A DNA stretch of 64,000 nt from Candidatus Gastranaerophilales bacterium (GCA_944325545.1 CALVAM010000011.1:2023-66022); one strand, 5' to 3'; shown: positions 29,872 through 37,821, numbered from the stretch's first letter. Numbers and translations: made by a program. The notes: generated by a model not told the origin, from the sequence alone.

Positions 29872-30369
29872 CTAGACTTCTTCATTTATGGTCCACATGT
29901 CTATATCATGTGTGTCTGTTTTTCCTGCTCCATTATAATTACATCCTTGAGGAGCAAAAGCATCAATAATTGTTTCCAACATCTTGTTAGATATTATTAT
30001 GCCATGTTTCAAGAGTTCCACATTTTGATTATTTAATAACGTTAACTCGGGAATAATGTTACAAATCTTTACTTTTCTTTCTTCTAATGCAGGAACAAAT
30101 TCCGGTGCGTGTTCCTTTGCATATCCTATAAAACGGGACATGTTAACATTTTCTCCCATTAATTCTATGGAGATTTTTTCTCTTGATTGATTAAGTTTAG
30201 TGATTTCATTATTTAATGCAACAATTCTATTATCTACATTTCCTAATTCATCAGCTTTTGATTGTTTCAAGATTTCTTTTTTTTCTTCAAACAAATCTCT
30301 TAGTCTTGAATATGCATCAATTTCTTTATCTAAGATTTCTATTAAGTTGTAAAATATTTTTTTATCCAT
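29872..30369 (-). CDS. flgN: Flagellar export chaperone FlgN
   Basis: Helical protein (EIDAY..L, LNNQNVELL) immediately upstream of flgK. Confidence 0.75.
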   Translation of the reverse strand: MDKKIFYNLIEILDKEIDAYSRLRDLFEEKKEILKQSKADELGNVDNRIVALNNEITKLNQSREKISIELMGENVNMSRFIGYAKEHAPEFVPALEERKVKICNIIPELTLLNNQNVELLKHGIIISNKMLETIIDAFAPQGCNYNGAGKTDTHDIDMWTINEEV

Positions 30370-30411
30370 TTATATCCTTGTATTAACTTGTTTTTAATAT
30401 GTTCAAACACC

Positions 30412-31020
30412 TTAGAATAAGTATTTGATGAATCTATTGAATATACCTTCGTTTTGGTTTCTGGAAATTGTACCTCTTCCTGATAATGCAAATTGTAGAT
30501 TAGAAACATTATAAGAGTATATTTCACCATCTACATTAAGCCATCTTGGATCTATAACGCCTGTTACAATGAAGTCCATTCTTTCATTTCCGTTTACAAG
30601 CGTCTTTTTACCTTGTACTGCTAAATTTCCATTAGGAAGTTGTTGAACGACTTGAACTGCAATTTGGTCTCCGAAAGACATTGTCCGCCCGCCAGCTGCG
30701 GAATTTGATACTTCATTTGTTCCGCCAAAACCGTCAGAATCTTTAAAAGATAAGCCAAACCATTTATTAAAAAATGACGTAAAAGTATCCACTGTATTAG
30801 AAGATTTTTCTGATGAATATGTTAAATTATCGCTTACTGTAATGTTTTCAGCCATAATTATAGAGATTAAATCGCCCACTTGCCTTGCTTGAACCCCTCC
30901 AAACAAAGAACGTGGAACGCCTGAATAATTTTGACTAGCTCCCAGTGTAAACAATGATTCAGCGTTTACTGTCATTATTGACATCGTTAATATTATCAAA
31001 CTTACAATGAACTTTTTCAT
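30412..31020 (-). CDS. flgH: Flagellar L-ring protein
   Basis: SLF...ARQVGDLISI, VVQQLPNGNLAVQG.K, ITGVIDP. Confidence 0.88.
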   Translation of the reverse strand: MKKFIVSLIILTMSIMTVNAESLFTLGASQNYSGVPRSLFGGVQARQVGDLISIIMAENITVSDNLTYSSEKSSNTVDTFTSFFNKWFGLSFKDSDGFGGTNEVSNSAAGGRTMSFGDQIAVQVVQQLPNGNLAVQGKKTLVNGNERMDFIVTGVIDPRWLNVDGEIYSYNVSNLQFALSGRGTISRNQNEGIFNRFIKYLF

Positions 31021-31047
31021 CTTATTATCCTCTTTATCCCTAAAAAT

Positions 31048-31323
31048 TTAGCAAAGATATTCCGCTATAACACTTCTACCGTATAATAAACCGTATTTTA
31101 TGTCATCATCCGAAATATTGAATTCTCCAACAGATTTAGCACATTCTCTCAATTCATCCACATCAATTTTATCTAACAAACTTACATTTGAAGTAGTATT
31201 AAGCCCTTGAGAATGTTGAACAACATCCATTTCCTCTTGTTTTGGAGGATTTTGAGCTGTTTTAAATGCGTTTAATGCACTAAATTGTTGTACTGAATTA
31301 TTTTGTCCTATTGATGATAACAT
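31048..31323 (-). CDS. Hypothetical protein inside the flagellar operon
   Basis: 91-aa ORF with AAAGGA RBS between flgJ and flgH; no FlgM signature recognised. Confidence 0.75.
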   Translation of the reverse strand: MLSSIGQNNSVQQFSALNAFKTAQNPPKQEEMDVVQHSQGLNTTSNVSLLDKIDVDELRECAKSVGEFNISDDDIKYGLLYGRSVIAEYLC

Positions 31324-31350
31324 TATTTATTCCTTTCGTAGTTTATAATT

Positions 31351-31375
31351 CTATTCACTACTCACTATTCACTAA
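31351..31375. repeat. 25-nt heptamer element, copy 2
   Basis: CTATTCACTACTCACTATTCACTAA exact. Confidence 0.9.
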
Positions 31376-31418
31376 TTACTTTTTCTTTATTTTTATTAAG
31401 CTTTTTACTCATTCTTAC

Positions 31419-31772
31419 TTAATTTCCGACGTATTTTTCCATTTGTCTGTAGATTTGATCTGCAAATCCAAAAGACGTTCTCGGATTGTTTGCAATATCA
31501 TGTCCCATTTGTTGGTATACTATTGATTTAAATGTATCAACGTAGTGAGTTTCTTTTCCAAATAGTCCATTTTCTCTATCAACAGTTTTGTCCATTTGGG
31601 AAAGCATTTTGGTTATAAAAATACTTTCAAATTCTGTTGCAGCTTTTCTTAACTGTTCTTTAGAATCACTTGAACCTTTAATTTGGTTATACAAAACTTG
31701 ATCTGAATTAACTGTCTGAGCATTTTGTAAACCGCTTTTTATTAAATCTATTGTAGGAGTTGAAAAATCCAT
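31419..31772 (-). CDS. flgJ: Single-domain FlgJ (rod-binding domain only)
   Basis: LRKAATEFESIFITKMLSQM.KTV and SFGFADQIYRQM; no muramidase domain. Confidence 0.85.
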   Translation of the reverse strand: MDFSTPTIDLIKSGLQNAQTVNSDQVLYNQIKGSSDSKEQLRKAATEFESIFITKMLSQMDKTVDRENGLFGKETHYVDTFKSIVYQQMGHDIANNPRTSFGFADQIYRQMEKYVGN

Positions 31773-31811
31773 ATTATCCTTTCATTATTGAATAGTTTAT
31801 AAGATAAATTT

Positions 31812-31843
31812 CTATTTACTATTCACTACTCACCATTCACTAA
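31812..31843. repeat. 25-nt heptamer element, copy 3 (one mismatch plus an extra heptamer)
   Basis: CTATTTA-CTATTCACTACTCACCATTCACTAA directly abutting the flgI stop. Confidence 0.85.
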
Positions 31844-32947
31844 TTAAATTATTACTAAATCAGCTTGTAAGCTTCCTGATTTTTTAAGTGCTTGTAAGAT
31901 AGAAATTAAATCAACAGGTGCAACTCCAATTGAATTTAAAGCTCTTACTAAATCATTAAGATTACTATTTGCAGGCATTGTAACTAAACTACCCGGAGCT
32001 TTGTTAATTTCTATATCAGAATTTTCAAACCCAACAGTCGCACCATTTGCAAACGCATTGGGTTGAGAAACATCGTTTGTTGTTGAAACTGTAACGGTTA
32101 TGTTACCGTGAGCTACCGCTGCAGGAAGTAATTTAACATCTGCTCCGATTACGACAGTTCCTGTTCTTTCATTAACAACAACTTTTGCTCTATCCATTGT
32201 TGGTGAAACTTCCAAATTTTCTAGAATAGAGATAAAAGTCACTCTATCATTCATGAATTTAGCAGGGATTTCCACTCTTACTGAACTTCCGTCAATAGCT
32301 TGAGCCGGTGCTATTTGAGATACTGATTTTGCAATTCTTGATACAAGAGTATAATCAGAACGGTCAATTGATAATGTAATAGAATTTTCATCACCGATTT
32401 CTGTATAAATATCTCTTTCAATTATTGCTCCACCAGGGATTCTGCCTGTTGTAGTAATAGCAGTTCTTGCAGAAGAACCTCCGGCTATTTTATTAATCCC
32501 ACCAACAGATAAAGGTCCTTGAGCTACCGCTACTGCTTCTCCGTTTGGTGCTTTTAAAATAGTTTGAACTAAAACTCCACCCTCTAAGCTCTTACAGTCT
32601 GCCATTGCTGATACTGTTACGTCGATTTTATCACCATTTTTAGAAAACGGAGGAACTGTTGCTGTTACTATTACTGCAGCAGAAGCCCCTTTTTGGATGT
32701 AGTTTTCTTGATCAATTACAGTACCTAAATTTCTTAATAACATTTTATTAGTAATCTGTGTAGAACGAGAATTATCACCTGTTCCAGGAAGACCAACTAC
32801 TACACCATAGCCTACTAATTGGTTTTCTCTAACTCCCTTAATATGAGTCAAATCCATGATTCTTACTTTTGCATCTATTGCTCTGCAAGGTAATAACCCT
32901 GTTAACATCATAAATATTACTAATAAACTTGATAAAACTTTTTTCAT
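31844..32947 (-). CDS. flgI: Flagellar P-ring protein
   Basis: GVRENQLVGYGVVVGLPGTGD, DCKSLEGGVL, VVVNERTGTVVIG, DLISILQALKKSGSL. Confidence 0.97.
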   Translation of the reverse strand: MKKVLSSLLVIFMMLTGLLPCRAIDAKVRIMDLTHIKGVRENQLVGYGVVVGLPGTGDNSRSTQITNKMLLRNLGTVIDQENYIQKGASAAVIVTATVPPFSKNGDKIDVTVSAMADCKSLEGGVLVQTILKAPNGEAVAVAQGPLSVGGINKIAGGSSARTAITTTGRIPGGAIIERDIYTEIGDENSITLSIDRSDYTLVSRIAKSVSQIAPAQAIDGSSVRVEIPAKFMNDRVTFISILENLEVSPTMDRAKVVVNERTGTVVIGADVKLLPAAVAHGNITVTVSTTNDVSQPNAFANGATVGFENSDIEINKAPGSLVTMPANSNLNDLVRALNSIGVAPVDLISILQALKKSGSLQADLVII

Positions 32948-32971
32948 ATACTTACCTTTTTTGTTTTGAGT

Positions 32972-33129
32972 TATGAGTGAGGAGTGAGGTGAAACGAGAA
33001 ATTTATTTCAAATTTTTCTTTTCTATTCACTATTTACTAATTACTACTTTTAACACCCTCTTCACTCATCACACCTCGCACATCACTTTTTACTAATCTA
33101 TTCACTACTCACTATTCACTAATCACTTT
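32972..33129. repeat. Degenerate heptamer tract between flgA and flgI, containing 25-mer copy 4 (33098-33122) and an oppositely oriented AGTGAGG run
   Basis: TCAC/TTAC units at about 7-nt period from 33023; TGAGTGAGGAGTGAGGTGA at about 32974-32992 in the other orientation. Confidence 0.8.
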
Positions 33130-33834
33130 TTATATATTTACCAAAACCTTATTTTCTCCGATTACTTTTCCATTGTATACTTTTTTATAATTTTTATTTT
33201 CTACATTGACGTAATCTCCGGTCATTCCATCCATCATCGCAGTTCCGTCAATCGATATCATTACTGCCCCATTTGATACAAAGAAAATTCTTACATCAGA
33301 ATTTCTTGCTACATCAGGACGCATTTTTACAAATCTTTTGTCAATAATTTCACCTTTTTGAAATGCTTTTTTAGTAGTGATTTCTTTTTCCAACATTTTT
33401 TCTGTAAGAATATAATCCATTCTCATTGAAACATCTACTTTTTTTACTTCTGTACAATCTTTTGTTAAAGTCTGTTCTCTTGCGATAAAATCACTAGCTA
33501 CAAGGACTTCTTCATAGACAATAGTTTGTACCGGTAAGTTTAATGATTTTACAAAAGCATTATTTACATAAATATCAACTCTTTTTATATCACGAGGAAG
33601 AATTTTATCTCCGCCTGATACAATTTTATAAGAGATTTTTCCATCAGGTAATTGCAATTGTGCAAAAGGAGTTGCAGAAACTTTTACTTCTACATCACCT
33701 GAGGTCATTTTTTTGTAGTTATCTTCTAAAATTTGAGCAACAGAAACTTTTACATTGGCAGAAGAAAGCATTTGAGCATTTGCTCCTAAACTTCCTACTA
33801 ACATTATTAAAGCTGTTACTACAATTTTTTTCAT
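33130..33834 (-). CDS. flgA: Flagellar P-ring formation chaperone
   Basis: Signal peptide, SAF-like domain, C-terminal G.AMMDG..G..V.VEN...KKV..GKV. Confidence 0.85.
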   Translation of the reverse strand: MKKIVVTALIMLVGSLGANAQMLSSANVKVSVAQILEDNYKKMTSGDVEVKVSATPFAQLQLPDGKISYKIVSGGDKILPRDIKRVDIYVNNAFVKSLNLPVQTIVYEEVLVASDFIAREQTLTKDCTEVKKVDVSMRMDYILTEKMLEKEITTKKAFQKGEIIDKRFVKMRPDVARNSDVRIFFVSNGAVMISIDGTAMMDGMTGDYVNVENKNYKKVYNGKVIGENKVLVNI

Positions 33835-33878
33835 CTACTACTTACCTTTTTGTTTTGAGACTCTAACTTTCTTATGAA

Positions 33879-33916
33879 CCCCACCCCCTAGCCCCCTCCC
33901 TCAAGGGGCGGGGGAA
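33879..33916. repeat. GC-rich REP-like hairpin
   Basis: CCCCACCCCCTAGCCCCCTCCCTCAAGGGGCGGGGGAA in an otherwise very AT-rich region; CCCCC.CCC/GGG.GGGGG stem. Confidence 0.55.
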
Positions 33917-33988
33917 TTGAATTCTCCCCTTTACTTATTATTTTGTTGGACTAGTAAGCTCAACCTAATTTTGTTTAATTTTCAAAAT

Positions 33989-34167
33989 TCTCTTCACTAG
34001 TCACTTCTCACTCATCACTTTTTAACAATCTCTTCACACCTCACTCTTCACTAGTCACTTCTCACTCATCACTTTTTAACAATCTCTTCATACCTCACTC
34101 TTCACTAGTCACTTCTCACTCATCACTTTTTAACAATCTCTTCACACCTCACTCTTCACTAGTCACT
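33989..34167. repeat. Tandem repeat, 54-bp unit, about 3.3 copies
   Basis: Units start at 33991, 34045, 34099 and 34153 (TCTTCACTAGTCACTTCTCACTCATCACTTTTTAACAATCTCTTCACACCTCAC); one substitution among the three full copies. Confidence 0.95.
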
Positions 34168-34170
34168 CTA

Positions 34171-34956
34171 TTATGACATATTATTAGTTAATTGAAGAAT
34201 ATTGCTTGAAGAGTTAATTATTTTTGAATTAGATTCAAAAGCTCTTTCTGCTTTAATCAAACCAACCAATTCATCAACAATTTGAACGTTAGAACCTTCA
34301 AGCATACCTTGTTGAATCAAACCTAAACCGTTTTGTCCAGGAGTATCTTGAACAGGGTTTCCTGAAGCTTGAGTTTCTTTGTACAAATTATGTCCGATTG
34401 ATAAAAGACCTGATGGGTTTTGGAATTTTACCAACTGAAGCGAACCAACAATAGATTGTTGAGTTTGTCCGGGAAGTGTTACTGATATATTACCGTCTTG
34501 AGTAATAGTAATTTCAGTAGCATCTCTTGGAATAGAAACAGAAGGCTGAATTAAAAGCCCGTCATTTGTACATAATTGACCTAAAGAGTCTACTTGCAAA
34601 CAACCGTCACGAGTGTAAGCAAGAGAACCGTCTTCTTTCATTACTTGTAAGAAACCTTCCCCTTCGATTTCGATATCAAGTTGACGTCCTGTTGAAATTG
34701 CAACACCTTGAGTGAATACACGAGTAGTCGCGGCTGTTTTTACCCCAAGCCCGATTTCTATACCAACAGGTTGATAAGTACCTTGATTCATCAATGCACC
34801 AGGAGTTCTTACTGCTTGTGATAACAAATCTTGAAACTCTATTCTTGATTGTTTAAATGCAGTAGTGTTAACGTTTGCTACGTTGTTTGCAATTACATCA
34901 AGATAGTTTTGTTGTGCTATCATACCTGTTGCTGCTGTTGTTAATGCTCTTAACAT
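34171..34956 (-). CDS. flgG: Flagellar distal rod protein
   Basis: ANNVANVNTTAFK, FQDLLSQ, IGLGVK, YTRDG, LEGSNV. Confidence 0.95.
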   Translation of the reverse strand: MLRALTTAATGMIAQQNYLDVIANNVANVNTTAFKQSRIEFQDLLSQAVRTPGALMNQGTYQPVGIEIGLGVKTAATTRVFTQGVAISTGRQLDIEIEGEGFLQVMKEDGSLAYTRDGCLQVDSLGQLCTNDGLLIQPSVSIPRDATEITITQDGNISVTLPGQTQQSIVGSLQLVKFQNPSGLLSIGHNLYKETQASGNPVQDTPGQNGLGLIQQGMLEGSNVQIVDELVGLIKAERAFESNSKIINSSSNILQLTNNMS

Positions 34957-35024
34957 TTTTTCCTCTTTTCCTCTTTATCTGGTAACCTTACCCCTGTTGA
35001 CGATTTTTATCCTTGTATTTTATT

Positions 35025-35852
35025 TTAACTTGTTCTTATTCGTCCTACAGATACTGCTGTTGTTAACATGTCACTATTTGTACTTACTATTTTGGTTAAA
35101 CTTTCATAATTTCTTGTGGTATTAATTGTATTAATCATTTCTTTTATTACGTTTGAATTTGAAAGTTCTAACATCCCTTGTTGTACAGTAAATTTTTCCG
35201 AACGTAATTCAGGATTATTGATAATATCACGCGGTACAAATTTTGCATCACCTATTTCAAACAAATCATCTTTATCCGCAAAATCGTAAACACCAATTGT
35301 TTGAAGCGGTATTTTTTGATTGTATGAGTTAATTTCAATATTTCCGTTTTCTGCAATTACGATATCTTTTCTATCTCTGAAAATAGTTTCATCATCCATA
35401 TCTTCAGGAAGCATTCTAATTCTTCTATTATTGATATCTAAAACAAACTCTCCTTGTTTTGTTTTAAGCCAATAACCTCTATCAACAACGAATGAACCAT
35501 TACGAGTATATGAAACATTACCCTCTGCATCTTGAATTTTAAAGAAACCATCACCTTCGATTGCTACATCATAAGGATTTGAAGTCTTCGTTAATGCTCC
35601 TTGTGAAAAATCGTGAGTATATTGCATACTCTGACTTCCGCAACTTAAACTTCCTATATATTCATTTGAATGATTACGAATTACAGAACCTTCTTTGTTG
35701 TATACAGCTGATTCCATAATATCTTTAAATCTTAATGAACCTTTTTTATAACCTACTGTATTAACATTTGCCAAATTATTAGCAGTATTATCATTCATAT
35801 CCATAAGAGCGAGCATGCCGTTAGCAGCTGATTCAAAACTTCTTACTATCAT
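35025..35852 (-). CDS. flgF: Flagellar proximal rod/basal-body protein
   Basis: ANNLANVNTVGYKK, DFSQG, DVAIEGDGFF, YTRNGSF, LELSNSN; upstream of flgG. Confidence 0.85.
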   Translation of the reverse strand: MIVRSFESAANGMLALMDMNDNTANNLANVNTVGYKKGSLRFKDIMESAVYNKEGSVIRNHSNEYIGSLSCGSQSMQYTHDFSQGALTKTSNPYDVAIEGDGFFKIQDAEGNVSYTRNGSFVVDRGYWLKTKQGEFVLDINNRRIRMLPEDMDDETIFRDRKDIVIAENGNIEINSYNQKIPLQTIGVYDFADKDDLFEIGDAKFVPRDIINNPELRSEKFTVQQGMLELSNSNVIKEMINTINTTRNYESLTKIVSTNSDMLTTAVSVGRIRTS

Positions 35853-35905
35853 TACTTCGCTCCTTTCTTTTTAACTTGAGGGGCTAAATCCAATCTATTG
35901 TACAT
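35852..35905 (-). CDS. Putative micro-ORF 3 (MYNRLDLAPQVKKKGAK)
   Basis: AAGGAG SD upstream; its TAA overlaps the flgF ATG (TAATG). Confidence 0.35.
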   Translation of the reverse strand: MYNRLDLAPQVKKKGAK

Positions 35906-35960
35906 TTACCCCCGCTCCTTTCTTTTTTACTAGGCGGGTTAAGTTCAATCTAATAAACAT
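35895..35960 (-). CDS. Putative micro-ORF 2 (MFIRLNLTRLVKKKGAGVNVQ)
   Basis: AAGGAG SD upstream; overlaps the end of micro-ORF 1 by 11 nt. Confidence 0.35.
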   Translation of the reverse strand: MFIRLNLTRLVKKKGAGVNVQ

Positions 35961-36015
35961 TTACCCCCGCTCCTTTCTTTTTTGCTTGGCGGGTTAAGTT
36001 CAATCTAATAAACAT
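35950..36015 (-). CDS. Putative micro-ORF 1 (MFIRLNLTRQAKKKGAGVNVY)
   Basis: ATG directly follows the slt stop (TAAATG); GAAAGGGGGG upstream; ends TAG. Confidence 0.35.
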   Translation of the reverse strand: MFIRLNLTRQAKKKGAGVNVY

Positions 36016-36561
36016 TTACCCCCCTTTCATTTTTTCATAGTTGCTTAAAACACTTTTTACGTAATTCTGTGTTTCCATATATGGTGGTATCCCACCGTAT
36101 TTTTTTACTGCATTAGGCCCTGCATTATATGCTGCTAATGCTAATGACTTGTTATTATCAAATCTATCCATTAAACCTTTTAGATATTTAGTTCCGCCTT
36201 GAATATTTTGTTCTGCATCATAAGCATTGGTAACCCCAAGTCCTTCTGCGGTTGATGGCATTAATTGCATAAGTCCCATTGCACCGCATTTTGATGTCGC
36301 ATTTGGGTTAAATCCTGATTCTTGTTTTACTACAGCTTTTACGAAATCAGAATCTAAACCGTTTTTCTCTGCATATTTTTCTATTAATTCATTAATCTCA
36401 GTTCTTGAAGTTTCAGTAGAATTTTTCTTATTAGAAATAGATGAGTCTAAGATTTTTTGAAAATCTTCATCAGGCTTAGCTCCATAAGACATAAGTGATT
36501 GAAATTGATTTTCAATCATACTTATTCTCTGTAAAGTTATATCCAAGCTCGTAAGATTCAT
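36016..36561 (-). CDS. Lytic transglycosylase (SLT domain) heading the flagellar operon
   Basis: AVVKQESGFNP, GAMGLMQLMP.TA, QNIQGGTKYL, ALAAYNAGP, ETQNYV. Confidence 0.95.
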   Translation of the reverse strand: MNLTSLDITLQRISMIENQFQSLMSYGAKPDEDFQKILDSSISNKKNSTETSRTEINELIEKYAEKNGLDSDFVKAVVKQESGFNPNATSKCGAMGLMQLMPSTAEGLGVTNAYDAEQNIQGGTKYLKGLMDRFDNNKSLALAAYNAGPNAVKKYGGIPPYMETQNYVKSVLSNYEKMKGG

Positions 36562-36695
36562 CTTACGTCACCTTCCTCTTATTTTCTACTTACCCAAGTC
36601 TATTTTTCTACAATTTTAGGATATTTCTTCCCAATAAAAGTGTAATATATTTTTATTGAAGCAACATCAATCATAGGGTTAGAATTTTTATACTT

Positions 36696-36717
36696 ATCTA
36701 GACCATGTGGTCTAGAT
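36696..36717. promoter_or_regulatory. Perfect inverted repeat, candidate operator upstream of the slt-flg operon
   Basis: ATCTAGACCA-TG-TGGTCTAGAT; no U-tract on either side. Confidence 0.5.
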
Positions 36718-36795
36718 GAATATTGATTTAATATAAGCAGGTTATATTTTGATAAAAATCAATTTTTATTTGTCAAAACAATATTTTAGAAGATT

Positions 36796-37809
36796 TTATT
36801 CTGCAATTTTTATATATGCTTTAAAAATCTTATTTGAAATTGTGTCGTCAAAGGCTTTTTGAATTTTATCAAGGGGGTAAGTGGTTGTTAGATTTTTTAC
36901 ATTTACTTTTTTAGATGTTATTAATTCATAAGAGTCTTTTAAATCACTTGGAGAAGGGGAATAGCTTCCTAAAACAGTTAGTTCTTTGTAATAAATTTCG
37001 TTATTAGGATATCCATTACTTAGCGGAGTGCTTGAAAATACTAAAATTTTACCACCCTGTCTTATTGATGATAAAGCGACATCAATTGCTTTATCGGCTC
37101 CTGAAGTCATAAAGACAGCATCAACTCCATAGTCATTTGTTTTGTCTTTTATAATTCTTGAGAATTCTTCGAGGTTTTTGGAATTAAAAGCTTGAATTCC
37201 CATTTTATTTGCAAGGGTAATTCTTTCAGGGATTAAATCACAACCGTATACATTGAATCCTAATGCTTTTAGACCTTCACTCATTAAAAGTCCGATTGAG
37301 CCAAGACCGACTACAAGAACGTTATCATTTTTTAAAAGATTGCATCTTTTAATTGCTCTAATACAGCAACCTAGTGGTTCATAAAATGAAATTTCTTCTT
37401 CTGAAATATCGTTTGGGATAATATATGCAACATTTTCTAAATGTTCTTCTGAAACATAAACAAGTTCACTAAAACCTCCGGGGAAGATGTTTGTTTTTTT
37501 AAAATGTTCGCACATTGAAACATTACCGTGTCTGCAATAGTTACATTCTCCACAAGGAATATGATGAGAGGTTACGATTTTATCTCCGATTTTAAAATTA
37601 GTATTAGAATTTATTTCAACAATTTCTGCAACGATTTCGTGTCCTAAAACTGCACCATTTTTGACAATTTTGTGTTTAAATTTTACAATATCAGAACCGC
37701 AAAGTCCGCAACCTAAGACTTTTACTATTGCACCTCTTCTGTTATCAAGTTTTATATCATCAATTTCTTTTACTACAATTTTATCGTTTTCTATTTGTGC
37801 GGTTTTCAT
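36796..37809 (-). CDS. Zinc-dependent medium-chain dehydrogenase (sorbitol/threonine dehydrogenase-like)
   Basis: CGLCGSD, GHE, structural Zn CGECNYCRHGNVSMC, GLGSIG. Confidence 0.93.
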   Translation of the reverse strand: MKTAQIENDKIVVKEIDDIKLDNRRGAIVKVLGCGLCGSDIVKFKHKIVKNGAVLGHEIVAEIVEINSNTNFKIGDKIVTSHHIPCGECNYCRHGNVSMCEHFKKTNIFPGGFSELVYVSEEHLENVAYIIPNDISEEEISFYEPLGCCIRAIKRCNLLKNDNVLVVGLGSIGLLMSEGLKALGFNVYGCDLIPERITLANKMGIQAFNSKNLEEFSRIIKDKTNDYGVDAVFMTSGADKAIDVALSSIRQGGKILVFSSTPLSNGYPNNEIYYKELTVLGSYSPSPSDLKDSYELITSKKVNVKNLTTTYPLDKIQKAFDDTISNKIFKAYIKIAE

Positions 37810-37821
37810 TTTTATTAACCT

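Larger units (their letters stand above)
35855..36024. repeat. Tandem repeat, 55-bp unit, about 3 copies, spanning the slt stop and the flgF RBS
   Basis: ACATTTACCCCC at 35902, 35957 and 36012; CGCTCCTTTCTTTTT at 35858, 35913 and 35968. Confidence 0.92.

Noticed and set aside
30342-30530. 62-aa ORF bridging flgH and flgN
   Set aside because: Alternate frame overlapping both real genes; no independent support
31048-31323. Calling this gene flgM
   Set aside because: Position fits, but the FlgM C-terminal pattern is not recognisable
33989-36024. 54-bp and 55-bp arrays as CRISPR arrays
   Set aside because: Units are contiguous, with no unique spacers between repeats and no cas genes in the window
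36562-36795. c-di-GMP riboswitch or sigma-28 promoter ahead of the flagellar operon
   Set aside because: No GEMM core or TAAA-N15-GCCGATAA match found by eye
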